DNA of 61,573 bases, the filler included, from Sphacelaria rigidula (Eukaryota), in NCBI GenBank assembly GCA_964200075.2. It is 8 parts of 8 records of this genome, joined end to end, with 100 filler letters (N's around TTAATTAATTAA, not from the genome) between each part and the next. Parts side by side here need not be neighbours in the genome. Positions count along the whole stretch, not along the records: positions 23,129 to 30,737 come from CAXNAA020014106.1; positions 30,838 to 38,446 come from CAXNAA020014107.1; positions 38,547 to 46,155 come from CAXNAA020014108.1; 5 more parts are not named here. One strand, written 5' to 3'. Position numbers and translations under genes: made by a program. Of the stretch, positions 26,700 through 39,243 are shown in pieces. Every line of letters begins with the position of its first letter. Position 1 is the stretch's first letter. A model generated the notes under the pieces. It searched no databases. It was not told the DNA's origin and saw nothing but the letters and a program-made list of their open reading frames with translations.

Positions 26700-28175
26700 G
26701 ACGTTGGTACTGCTATAATGGACAATGAAGGTCAGTTTCGTGTGCACATGCGTGGCCTAAACGTTTCGTGGATTCCGAGTTCTGACAAGCAGTTGCAGGT
26801 ACGTCTGATGATTTGCGCGCACATGCGCGACGCCGGGCATCGTGGTGTGGCTGCGACGCTCGTACGCTTGCAAGAGTTTTGTGTCTGGCAGGGGATAGAC
26901 ACTCTCATGTGCGCGAATTTGTCCGCCAGTGTCTTCACTGTGCTGACTCGAGGGCGGGCGATGTTGTTCCCCACCCGCTCGGCGAAACGGTCCATGGGAC
27001 CACGCCGAATGACGTCGTTCATTTTGACTTCTTGTACCTGGGCGAGAGTGGCCCGCTAGCTTCCTAAGGTTTGTGGGAGGATGCTGGGTTCCGATACAGT
27101 TTGGTAATCATGGATGATTTGAGCAACTTTTTGGCTCTGGAACCAGTAGTCGTGTGTACTGCTGAATCGGCCGTTGTATCTTTGCTGAATTGGTACAAAA
27201 CTTTGGGGGCGCCGCGTGTGTGGGTGAATGATACCGCCACGCATGTCAAGAATGCGATATTGGCCCGATTGCGAGAGGCTTTGCGCGTTGATCGCCAGTT
27301 TGCGGTGGCGTATTCTCAGTGGTCTAACGGCACGTGCGAACGCATGGTCAAGGAAGTAGTTCGTGCTCTTCGCTCTATTCTTCTCGAGCAGCGTAGAGGG
27401 GTTTCCGAGTGGGTGGACGTGTTGCCGGCGGTGCAATGGGCGCTAAATACAGCATATCGCCGTCGGTATGATAGTACGCCGTATCACGTGATGTTTGGCC
27501 GTGCCCCTCGGACGTATTTCTCGGTGCTGGCGTCCTCGTCGGCGGGGGAATGGAAGTGTGATGTTCTGGACGATGTTCAAATTAAGAGTGCATTTCAAGG
27601 AATCTTGGACTTGCAAGAACGTTTCCACGTTCAAGTGCAGGAACGTGCTGCCGCTGAACGTGCGCGTAGATGTGAGGGGTCATCGTCGGGGCTGGAATTG
27701 CCGAGTATTGAGGTAGGCGACTATATCTTGTATGCACGCGTGCGTCGTCCGGGTGTTGCGCCCAAGTTGATGGCGACTTGGACTGGTCCATGGAGAGTGG
27801 TTGGTGCTCACCACCCGCACGTGTTTGAGATTCAGGACATTGTTTCAGGTCGTTCGGACCGCCCATGCAGCTCGTTTGCGTTTTGATGCAGACTCGCAGC
27901 TTAATGTTACGGCTGACGTTAAGGACGTGGTCCAGCATGTTTTCAATCCGGGCCAATTTCAGATGGCTGGTATTGTCCGAGTGGCAGAAGCAGATGGTCG
28001 TTCGTTGCTCGTTTTGGTCGGCTGGGTTGGTTTCGAAGTTGAGGAGCGTACGTGGGAGCTTTCCAAGGATATTTTTGAGGCCGCTCCGGAATTTCTTACG
28101 AAGGAGTTGCGTACATTGCGCGTGACTCGTGCCGTTGCTGCTCGCATCACGAGTGAGTTTGGTATTCAATTGTGA
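26700..28175 (+). pseudogene. Gypsy integrase-chromodomain region, frameshifted
   Basis: CAHMRDAGHRG / VREFVRQCLHC, VHFDFL, IMDDLS, VWVNDTATH, WSNGTCERMVKE, KLMATWTGPWRV and LVGWVGFEVEERTWE are spread over frames 26682-27059, 26813-27067, 27071-27886 and 27801-28175. Confidence 0.9.
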
Positions 28176-28249
28176 CTCACTCATCGCTTTGGCGCTTTCT
28201 ATGTTCCAAGCTTGTTGATCGATTTTTGTCCAACGCGCTTTGGGGGTGC

Positions 28250-28484
28250 TGTGATGAAAAGACGCCATACGTTGAGTTGGTAGTGATGATATGGATAATG
28301 ACTAGGAGCACGGAGATTTCGGAGGGTTCCGGATAATGACCGGGGGTACGAGCTGGTGCTCCTGGAAGGTCACTCCTGCATAGTGAGAATGTTGTGAAGG
28401 CTGACAACTGACACTGAGGCCAGTGAGACTGGGGAGTCCCTCAACAGCAGTGATCCAACAATGCTTCCACTGGCTAGCGTCACA
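28250..28484 (+). repeat. 3' LTR (235 bp)
   Basis: TGTGATG...CGTCACA termini; about 90% identical by eye to the 5' LTR, with one indel of about 23 bp. Confidence 0.92.
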
Positions 28485-29559
28485 GACTGTATGGTCACCA
28501 TTATGAATGAACACAGCTGAATATGGGGAGCAGTTTGGTGGGCGAGTGGTGTAGTGACTACGCACAAAAGTGTGATTATTATGCTCAGAGGTTACCATAA
28601 CAGTTTCGCATCCTGGATTATGACTGGGGATTGCCAAAATCTATTTGACGAAGGAGACAGGTATCGATAAGGCGGGGGGAGTAAATAAATGGTGACATAG
28701 GGACACGATGCTGGTGCTGGTGCTAGTTTTTACTGATGTTGCTGCTTCTTTCTTTGTCCTAGAAAATACGAGCTGGGCCAGCTGACAGTGTTTTTTTTTA
28801 TTTTTCGGGCCAGGCGGTTGGTAATTGGAAGAGTAATTAGACGGTAAAATTTTGACACGACATTTTCATCATACACACGCGCAACCTGTTGTGAGAAGGT
28901 GCAAACAAGGAAAAAAAAACATAAATCAGAGCTACAATAGTACTTCATTGAACGTTTCCATGAAAACGGGAAAACTGCTGTAACTCCGTGAAATTAAGAA
29001 ATGCGACGGCGCCTTCTTACACGTTGTGGGCACTTGCATGCAGGAGATTCTGGTACAAGTTTGGCCCACAATACCTCAAATTAGGCGCGGCCGGGCACCG
29101 CTGCGCGCGTTTAATCCAAGTGATACAGGAGACGCCAGTTACGGGGGTCACGAGTTTGCATCCCAGCATAATCTCTTTTTCACGTTCCGTCGTAGAGGTC
29201 ATACATAATTGTGCAGTACATTTTGTTCACATGTTTCCCATTCAACGGCGGTGCCGTGCGTTACCAGGTTGGTCCGTACTTAGCAGCTACATACGCTCAA
29301 GTCGGACTGCTTTGGTTAGCTTGACAAGTTGTGGTGTGATGAGCAAATGCGGGATTTACTGCTGGTCCGGCTCGTATAAAGGGTCCTTCGTCCTTCTTGT
29401 CGCTTTTGGGGATAAAGGTGCTCGACACATACTTGAACTACTTCGATCTGACTCTGAGACATGACTTATGTGCACCAAGTGGAGCATATCCATGCTTGAT
29501 GACTGGTTATACTATCAATATATATATATCATAATCTATGGGGGGAGAGGGGAGGGGGG

Positions 29560-30737
29560 ACGTACTCATTCGTTGCTTGCCTTAGTCGTTTGACCATTGA
29601 CCACGCATCCCTTTCGAGACGGAGCACCTTTCGTACTCCTATTAGAGACGCCTCCAATATTCCGGCGTTCACCACGTCTTTTCCACACATGACACAACAA
29701 ACTTTTACATATCTTATCGCCGTCCTGTTTCGTCGTCGCTGACCATCACCCATTTCCTACTTCGTTCCCTCCCTGGTGTGTAGTGGATCGAACGATTTCA
29801 TGCCACCTTCGTTCACGTCCCGCATTTCTCCCTCTAGGACGTCCCGTTTCTCGTTGTATAGTTCAAATTCTGTCACTATATGACTTTTTGCTCTCTAATC
29901 CTTTGCCACAGAGGCAATTCTGTCCATCTTCTTCCTCCTCCTTCCGACTACTAAGGTCCACGTCCCCGATACAAAATCGCAGTTTCAAATTTTCGCAGCG
30001 TCCATTGGGCCATGCAAACATGCTTCATTCCGATCCCCTCTCTCAACCACCCGTATATCCCCAAGTGTTTTTCCTCGTCTACTTTGCGTGTGAGCGCTCT
30101 TTCCCCCTTATTTATTTTATCTCTTCTTATTTTATCTTGTACCCCGCGTCTTCATCTATAAACAGTATGTCGTCTTGGTTTCCTCCTATCTCCTTCCATC
30201 TCGACTCCATTATCCCACCCTACTCCAGCCTTCCCTCTCGTAATTCTCTTCCATACAGCCCTATCACCTATAGCTGGCAATCTCTTTCTCTGCATGTTCT
30301 TCACGCTATATTGCCATCGCAACTTTCTCGTGTCTATGTTTGTTTCAAGTGAGTACGTTCCCAACTCTGCTCTCAAAGCTGTGGTACTCGTCGTTTTCGA
30401 GCATACAAGTATATTGTTAGCTGCTGCCATCTGTACTGTCTCCAACCTTTCCACCAACTTCACGTTCCCCTCCCATACTTCTCCTGCATATTCCAGCTTT
30501 GGTACGATCACGTTCATCATGATACATCTCTTGATCCTAGTGTCTAGGTGCAGGTCTCTGAGGATCACGTCCAACCTGCCCATCTGTGCCTTACCCTTTT
30601 CTATTACTTTGTTCATGTGTGCATCCCAAGAACAGTTTCTTGAGATCTCTACGCCAAGGTATGTATACTGGTCTACGATCGGTAATTCCTCTCTTGCCCA
30701 CTTCCACTTGAACTCCACCGGATTTTTCTTATCTTTC
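29560..30737 (-). mobile_element. LINE 3' fragment (RT C-terminal/thumb region), decayed and cut by the contig end
   Basis: ELPIVDQYTYLGVEIS...WDAHMNKV...IVPKLEYAGEVW...ALRAELG followed by a Cys-containing C-terminus. Homologous to 34090-34942. Confidence 0.88.
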
Positions 30738-30837
30738 NNNNNNNNNNNNNNNNNNNNNNNNNNNNNNNNNNNNNNNNNNNNTTAATTAATTAANNNNNNN
30801 NNNNNNNNNNNNNNNNNNNNNNNNNNNNNNNNNNNNN

Positions 30838-30877
<40 letters not shown>

Positions 30878-30989
30878 GATAAGATCGTCTATAGCGTTTC
30901 GGAGCAGTGGCAAAACTGAATCGTCCAATATATTTCAGGCATGCGCATCAGCCTTGCATTCCATACAGCCCAGTCGTTGGCTTACTCAC

Positions 30990-33900
30990 CTGGTGTACCT
31001 TAGTTGCCGAGTCCGGTGGTAGCTCCCAAGCGCTTTCACCCGTGACGTCGTTGACGTAGTACATCTTCCCGGTATCATCTTCGTACGCTGACCACGATGC
31101 TGACGAGTCCCCTCCTCTTCCCTCTCCTATTTCGCCTCCTCCAGAGGTGGGCGCCACTGTCGATAACGTCTGAGGCCCTGGGTACTGTTCACCACCGTCT
31201 TGCTTCCAGACCGTGGTCCCTCTGCCCACTTGTTGTGACGACGGCCGTAAATCCCATCTGAAGTGCAACCGGGAACTATATATCAGTGAACAACGATCAC
31301 TCTGCAGCAAAGATGGACCATGATAACACCCCGTGAAATCAAGTTGACGAGCGGACAACTGTGCCTGCTCTACTGAACATTATCAGCCAAAAATGGTGCT
31401 AATTATTGCCTGCTTGTCGAATATTCAGCGGAAGAGGATGATGCCCCTTGCGAAGTACCCGCATTGCGTGACTGCACGGTATCTGTAGAGATATCACTCG
31501 ATTCTGAGGCGGTGAAACTACTTACTGTTTTTTTTGGTCGGCGTCGATTGTTCCACACGTTGGATATCTCAGGAAACACGGGATTTTACAAATTGGGGAT
31601 GGATATTTTATTGGGGATGAAAACCCGGAGAATTCAAATCCTCGTATCCTCACCAAATCTTCGAAGTATACTTCCATTTCTTCACTTGCTAGTAGCTATA
31701 GACAACTACTACACGCCACACAAATTTGGAATTCGATACCCGAAATGTTGGGGTCCTGGATGAAATGTTTTTTGGGGGGGTTTTAGGTGTCCGATCGGAC
31801 ACCAAAATTGTTTTTTTACCTACGACCCCGACATTTCGGTTATCGAAATCCAAATTTGTATGGCGTGTAGTAGTTGTCAATAGCTACCAGCAAGTGAAGA
31901 AATGGAAGCATACTTCGAAGATTTAGTGTGAATACGAAGATTTTAATACTCCGGGTTCTCAACCCCAATAAAAGATCCATCCCAAATTTGTAAAATCCCG
32001 TGTTAGGAGCTACCGAAATATTACTTGTATTGGGGTGCTGATCCGGATCATGAGCTAGCTAATTTGGCCCCCTTTTTCCATGTTTGCTCCCCACAGCGCT
32101 GAACGCTGGGCACGCGGAGTCGCACAAAGGTAGCGCTTTGGCTCCTCAGACTCTGCTGTAACGTATTTTGTGTCTTGGACAAGGGATCTCAGAGTCCTCT
32201 TCGATCAGTTATGCTTGATAGCCCATGAGCTGTCCGATGTGTGGATTATTGATCTTCACGCTCAGCTCACGTACTGTGCGCCCTACACTAGCATGGATTG
32301 GAGAAGTTCCATGGCTCCGTGAAGAATATGGCACGAGCGCCTGAATACGACGTCATCGCACATGCAAAAAGTTCAATCATGCTCCAGACAAAAGTAAGAG
32401 TGCGATCACGCACGCTTCCTCCGTCTCCCCTGTCGTCTCCCCCATGCCCTGCGCAAGTCCTCTGTCCACCCTATTTATTTCACAGCATCATGATTCTTAT
32501 TTACAATCTCGCTCATGGACAGATTTCGACAATGAGTAATGTTCAAGAAGTGATGATTTACTCACCCCCGCCGGGCAGCCCGCGCGACTATTGTCCGGCC
32601 GCTCATTTTTAGGCTTGCGGGTGTCGGAGCTTGGCGTCTTGGAGGCGGTGCGAGCCCTCCCCACCTCTCGGCGGTTTTGGTCCACTTCATGCTGTCGCCC
32701 GAAGCCGGAAGGCCCCGCTTGGCCGCGGCACGCAAGAGCATCTGCAGTTTCTTGTGTCGAGTTTCCCACGTGACCTGCATGGATATCGTTGTGTAAGACG
32801 TTTCGAACGGGGCATGCATGATCTATTCTCTGCTATCAGGAAAGGGATAGGGTACAGGACTCTAAAGTTACGCATCGGACAGGCCGTACTATATTATACT
32901 GGACGTCGATACGCCCTACCGAGGCCTTTGTTTTCGAAAGATGCACGAATAAAGATAACCAGAGAGACCGTGAAGGAATGGTGGAGTCAGACGTTCAGGT
33001 GTATTGAACCGTTGCTGCTCTTTTGAACAAAAGCCGTAGGGTGTGAAGTCTCCGCGATGCCGAAACCCAGTTCTCGCATACGACCCCCGATCACCCCTGG
33101 TGCCCTTCCTGTGCACTTACCGTTACCACCCCTTCATGAATAAAAATCCATCAAACCTTTTCAATTTACTTCACTCATGAAAGATCGAGTGTCTCGTGTG
33201 CCTCCACACTTTTGAAACCTCATCCCGTGGAGCTCGCAGATAAACGGAGATTCATTGATCCCTGCACAAGCGGGAACGCTTGCTTCGCTACAGAGCATAT
33301 TCACCAAAATCGCCGCAACTCCTTTTAACACATTTTGTTGACAATACATGCTGCCTGTGCCGCGTTTACCTTTAGTTGCGATCGGCGCGAAACGCCGGAA
33401 CGTGTAATTTTACCGAAGTTGGGGAAACATCTGTCGATCATCTAATGGCTCCCTTCTTTTCAGGGTGAGCACACACCGAAGTCAAACGTTTGGATCGAAA
33501 GAAAACAACCTTAATTGAACACACAACCTTCTACGCTCCATCACAGACCAAGGGGGCTGAGCACACACGATGCCAACAAATAGGGCTGACGTACTGCAGG
33601 TCCCTAGGCACTCTTAGGATCTAACCCTTTCCAACCCTACCCCCAGGCGCAACCCCCGCCGTAGCTCTCCTTGGCATCCTACAATCCTACCCCCGTACCC
33701 ATCAGCCCGCACGCGCGCCGTTGTCGAGCACAACCTCTCACCGTTGCTGCGTGTAGCCTCTCCGGTGCGCAAAGAGAATGCGCTCGACCTCTTCGACCCC
33801 TCTCGCGAACTGACGCAACGTCCGGATCCACCGAGCCAGGTCCAAAGCCTCGAAGGAACTTGTGAAGCGCGCGAGAACCGCGCCGTCCGCGCAGGGTACG

Positions 33901-36900
33901 CTGATCACCGAGCTTACGGCACTGGGGGTCGGTGAAGGCGGTGGGGGTGTGATATGGTCCAGGGGATTTCCAGGTTAAGCGCGTGGTTCTCAGTTCGTGA
34001 CAAGAGGGGAGAGTAGCGGGGAGCGGGGACGGTGGCGGGGGGGGGCGGTTTTAGCTTCGATGTTAATGGAAAAGTTAGGGTTGTTGGATCGAGCGTACTC
34101 GTTTGTTGCTTTTCTTAGCCGTTTGACCCTTGATCACGCATCCCTTCCGAGACGGAGCACCGTTCCTACTCCTAATAGAGCCATCTTTCAACATTCCGGC
34201 ACTCATTACGTTTCTTCCATACATTGCACAAAAAGCTTTTGCATATCTTATCCCCGTCCTGTTCCGCCGTCTGTGGCCACCATCTATCTCCTAGTTTAGC
34301 CATCGTTTTCTCGTTACTGTCTCATTCGTCGAACGATTTCATGCCACCTTCGTTCACGTCCCGTATTTCCCCCTCTAGCACGTCTCGATCCTCCTCGTAT
34401 ATTTCAAATTATGTCACTATATGGCTTCTGCTCTCTGTTGCTTTGCGACAGGGGCAACTAAGTGCATCTAATTCCTCCTCCTCTCGACGACTTGTATATT
34501 TCTTTCTTCTTTCTGGCAGGTCCAGGTCCCCCACCCGAAATCGCAGTTCCACCTTTTTCACCGCGTCCATTGGGCCATGCAGATATGTTTTAATCCCCAT
34601 CCCCTTTGTCAGCCCCCCTTATATCTTCAGGTGTTCTTCCTCGCCTACTTTGCGTCTCAGCACTCCTTTCCCCCTTATTTCTGTGATGCCCCTTACTTTT
34701 GTCTTGTACCCCGCGCCTTTACCTATGGACAGTATTTCGTCTTGGTTTCCTCCTATCCCTTTTCATACTTCCTCCACTTCTTTATCCAACCTTATTCCAG
34801 CATTCCCTTTCGTACTTTTCTTCCATACAGCCTTATCAACTGTCTTTCTCTGCATATTATTTACGCTATATTGTCACCTCAATCTCCTCACGTCTCTTTT
34901 AGTTTTCATTGAGTACATTCCCAACTCTGCTCTTAATGCTGTGATGGGGGTGGGGGCGGTGTGTGGCGCATATCTGGCCGTGTTGATGGATGGGTCTGTG
35001 ATGAAAGTAGTGCAACGACGCGAGGGGCATGGGGGCGATAGAGATGGATGAATGCGTGGTGTCTTCGTAGGGTGTGCGCGCGTGGCAGAAACAAGGGCGA
35101 CATCAGTGTCTTTTTCAAGCTCCCATGAGAAAACTGGGGCTGTATCGCCAGTGCCCAAGATGTCGCTGTTTGTCGTTGTGTGTCGCTAGGTGCTCTCGGA
35201 CTTTGACATGAAAAATTTCATTCGATCTTGTGGGACAGTCTCAGGGGAAGAGGAAAACCTCGTATCATACACGCCGTTCGTCGCACAGCGACGATGGTGC
35301 GGGTGTACTCTGTTCCTCAACTGTTTTTCTGTTTTTGTTTTCTTCGTTTTTTTATTCACGGGTTGCTCTATAATAGTACAAACATGGAGTGATACCTTCT
35401 TTTCGGAAATCTGAAGATATCTCGTTGCCCCCAGCGAGTTGTCCACTCCGTTCCAGTACCTGTTCGTATCCGGAGGGAGAAGGGGAGATTTCCATGTTAG
35501 TTGCCTCCTTTTCCCCTCCTCCGCAGAAGTTTCGGCCATGTGACTATCACGAAACTGATTGCATATCTCAAGGTATAAATTTCCACCCATGGTCTAATTC
35601 ACAAGAAAGCATGGGCAGCTCAACAGTGCAGCACACAACACGTGAACATTTCCACACACACCCGCCATTTTCCCACGCACACACGACTACTGTGACTCCA
35701 CCAATCCCCACGCCACGAGACTGTGATTTGTGGCCAGGATCTTTTTACTATTCTCGTACTCAACCCTTGTCCTGTAATGAGAAGCGGGAGCGCGAGGATT
35801 TGATAGACGAAAAAAAAGTGTGCGATCTCCATGCGGCGGATAGAGAAACGGTGAGACTATCGTGGGAAATCCGAGCAAGGGAATATCAACATTTCGTGTT
35901 TTAGGTCTATAATCATATTGGAAAACACGTTGAATCGCGGTGGGTACGTCAACAAAAACGAAGCATACGACAAAGGGGTGTATATAGCCCCAGGTACGTC
36001 GCTTGTGGTGCCCGCAGAAAAACTGCCCATAGTGCTGGAAAATGTGGCTATGCAGTTCCTTCTGCTGGAGGCTGCTTTGTAGCCTTATTGCGGAAGGATA
36101 TCCTGAAGCTGAGCGTATGCTCTCTTTTGCTCTACGGGCGAGGGTAGACTATGAATGCTCCTGGAGACCGGCGACTCTACTTGCTCAGCTCTTGACACGT
36201 TGCGCTACCGATGACCTACAGGTTACAGGAGATCTGCGGGGGAATAGACGATAGAACAAGGGGTCCTCAGGTTCATGCCACTACTATAATAGAGGAATAA
36301 TCTGTCTTGAAGGTTTTCACCCCTCCCTAATCCCGCATGTGCAAGCTGATGTTCCATCACATACACATGCATACATATACAACAAGCACCACAAGCGTTT
36401 TCATGACGACAGGGACCTTTTTCACTTGTTTTGCTTCGTCACAACAAAAGGTTCGCTCCGTGAGCACGAAACGCGGGAAGGGCGAAGGGGGAATTTCTTC
36501 GAGACTAACGAGCTTACCTTGACAGCATGGATGCCCATCGCAGGTCCTCGTCAGAGCGATGCTTGTCCACTCGAGTCGAACTGTAACCTTCATCAAAGCT
36601 CGACCTCCTCCTGCTGCTGAGCCGCCTAGCTTGAGCTGCCCGCATGTGTATCGCCCGCGCGTACAGCCGTTCAGGGGCGGCGATATCGACCGCTAGCCTT
36701 GTTCAGGTTCCGTGTTTCAACACGAGAGAGATGCGCAGAAGGGGCGGGCGGGGCGAATGGGGGTGATGCAATTTTGAGAGCTCAAGTGGGGGTCGGGAGG
36801 TGACAAAGGGGGGTAATACTTCGAGAAGAGTAGAGAGTTTAAGATCGGTATCCATGTTACCCTCTACATTTCGATCGATTCTTCCATGTGATCCACATTG

Positions 36901-38157
36901 CGATTACCACACCCGAGAATCTCGGTGTCCACCCCGGAGAACCTTCAAGGCTAAGACATTTTCACCCTCGCGTAGTCTTCGCTCAAAACTGCACACGCAG
37001 ACACTGTTCCACCAGAAATTCCTCGCATTACCCAACCCATCCTTGCTCTGACGTAGCTGTGTGTAACCTCCATGCGCAATCTGTTGCTGTGTGGTTGCGG
37101 CCCTCACCTCTTTCTCAGGTGCTGAGAGGATCGCAGCAAGGCATCCACGTCCGGATCTGGAACTCCCCCTAGTGCCGCCCCCGCGGCAGAGGTATCGTAA
37201 CAGCCACCCCCGCGACCCCCTCGAGAGAACCAGCCGGACGACCAACCGCCCGCCGGTAGAGCGGCCGTAAGTCTAACGAGGGACGCCTCGGTGAAGCGTA
37301 GAATCGGCGGGAGCTGCCGTTGATGCTGCCGCACCGCTCGGCGGCTGAACAGGGTGATGGTCTGTCGCGCGGCGTGACCATTGGCAACTCGAGGATCTAA
37401 TCTCGACTCCCGCGTCTCGAGCGTGACGCCTTCGCTGTTGTTTTGTCGGATGGGTGGTCGGTAGAGAGTTTCGGGCGGGTGGGTGAGTCGGTGAGTCCAT
37501 GGACGGGAGGTACGATAGAGGATGTTAGGAGTGTAAGATGATGTGGAGGGTGGCAAGGACGGGCATGGTGCGGGTACGTGAGTCGGAGACGTAGGCTGTG
37601 TTATGTAGGGGAGCGGGAGGAATCATCGGAGAAGTCGACGGAACGCGTTTTTTCGTCAAGTTCGCGGCAGCTATGCAAGGGGTGTGGGTTCTATAAGAAG
37701 CGATCGAAGTTGTCGACGTCGTGTTTCAGTGTCTGATAAAGTAGAATCGCAAATCGAAACAGCATTCCCGGTTTTACATTGTGTATGACTGAGTCGTTCA
37801 CAACAAGTTTTTGCTCGACGTTATTTGTTTGCTCTTCTCTTACACTGTGCATCGAGCTGCAGCGACTTGGCTATCTCTTCACAAATGCCACGGAGAGCAC
37901 AATACAAAGTGGTCTAATCGAGAGATCTTCGCACGCCAGGCGGAGAGATGATGATTCTCGCGGAGGAGAACACTACGCTGCATGTACTTCCCACCGCAAC
38001 GACAAAATCCGACAAACCGAGTGGAAAACTCCCTCAGGATCTCTCGCTGTTGATTTATAGCCTGCACTACCGGCTGCAGCTTGCAGTAGTAGCGGTAGAA
38101 TATTGATTCCACGTCTGCAGCGCCCATTCCCGCTCGGTTACGTTCCCGTTCTTCGTC
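30990..38157 (-). CDS. WW-domain-containing protein, multi-exon, partial
   Basis: Phase-compatible GT-AG exons 38157-37988, 37344-37108, 36697-36518 and 31257-30990. The last exon encodes WSAYEDDTGKMYYVNDVTGESAWELP, a canonical WW domain. Confidence 0.75.
31575..32004. mobile_element. Palindromic MITE (430 bp) with 4-bp flanking duplication AGGA
   Basis: Arms of about 190 bp, AACACGGGATTTTACAAATT...AATTTGTAAAATCCCGTGTT. AGGA lies at 31571-31574 and 32005-32008. Confidence 0.85.
34090..34942 (-). mobile_element. LINE 3' fragment, 5'-truncated, in an intron of the WW gene
   Basis: TALRAELGMYSMKTKRDVRRLR and GIKTYLHGPMDAVKKVELRFRVGDLDLPERRK...CPC; colinear with 29560-30380. Confidence 0.85.
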
Positions 38158-38405
38158 CTGCCAACAAAGTCGGGTGCAGTAGAGTATGATAGTGCCAACG
38201 CGTGGACGCTGGTATGTTTGCCAAACCGCTACTGGAGATGAGCAGTTCGGGATAAAAAGTAATTCCTGGTACACATCTATCATAGATGTTGCACTGCGTG
38301 GTCGCGATGCTATGCACGACTACGTGTGTATGTACTTCTCTCCTTTTTTCATCTTCTGCTTTATCCCTCTTGTTCTGTCTTTGACCCTTCTTTTCCCGTC
38401 CCCCT

Positions 38406-38436
<31 letters not shown>

Positions 38437-39099
38437 CCCCCCCCCCNNNNNNNNNNNNNNNNNNNNNNNNNNNNNNNNNNNNNNNNNNNNTTAATTAATT
38501 AANNNNNNNNNNNNNNNNNNNNNNNNNNNNNNNNNNNNNNNNNNNNAGTCGACTCATTATACTAAAACCAAGTAATTTCCAGACGAATAATTATTTGTCC
38601 GACCCTTGAAACCTTCCCCGCCCATCTTGTTGACAAAGTGGACTTGTTTGATGTGACACTCTGAACGACCAACAGTCCTTTCCCTCGGGACGAATATGGG
38701 GTCTCAAGGGGTAAATCCATCCTTCTCCGGTACATGCCTTGCATTTTGATCCTGCGGAATATTTCAGCACTCCAGCACGGCCTCAACTCTCGTCAAACAT
38801 ACCACCCATCACCAATAAATTCCTTGTCCGACGAATCAGGGCTGGTTCCAATCACCAAACCTTTGGTACGATTTCAGACACCTGAGTGCTCGAAGAGAGA
38901 GAAACGACGTAAACCGCGGGCTATACACGTCACTATGCGACTTTTTGCGATACATCACGTCCCTAGGGTGCACGTACAGCAGTACGTGCAGTGTAACGCT
39001 GAAAACAAACCCCCAAGGATGAAGTGACTCGTACGGTCCGAATCAATTCCACTAAAAAACGTCATCTCCAGACGAATTGTCATTCGTTCGAATCTCGTA

Positions 39100-39243
39100 C
39101 GTGTTGGTTCCTTACATGCTCACGCTTTCGACGGTGCATGTGAGATACTTCCAAGACAAAACCCAAAGCATCAGGAATCGAACCCATCTTCTCCCCCACC
39201 GTAATGGTGACAGTCGGACCATCACACCACCGGGACGCGGCAG
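39100..39243 (-). mobile_element. SINE family B head (tRNA-like)
   Basis: Minus strand reads GCCGCGTCCCGGTGGTGTGATGGTCCGACTG...GGGTTCGATTCCTG, giving an A box and a B box. The body matches 2270-2320. Confidence 0.7.

Larger units (their letters stand above)
23466..28484 (+). mobile_element. Ty3/Gypsy LTR retrotransposon with chromodomain integrase, decayed and internally deleted
   Basis: Paired LTRs (TGTGA...TCACA) with a 4-bp GACT flanking duplication. CCHC knuckle CHRCGQVGHYARDC at about 24308-24350; RT N-terminus (GDPPARVEPM...WSSP); RNase H start (LFHP...FPDA..CHWG); integrase HHCC zinc finger, DDE core and GPW motif; chromodomain; G-rich PPT-like tract before the 3' LTR. Confidence 0.93.

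Noticed and set aside
32700-32800. RNase H-like motif HAGHVGN...ADALA on the minus strand
   Set aside because: The spacing is off, no upstream catalytic motifs are visible and it overlaps an alternative SAP-like frame, so it is probably chance.
39165-39243. tRNA gene
   Set aside because: It has A/B boxes but no convincing cloverleaf and is fused to a repeated SINE body. The same applies to 8850-8930.
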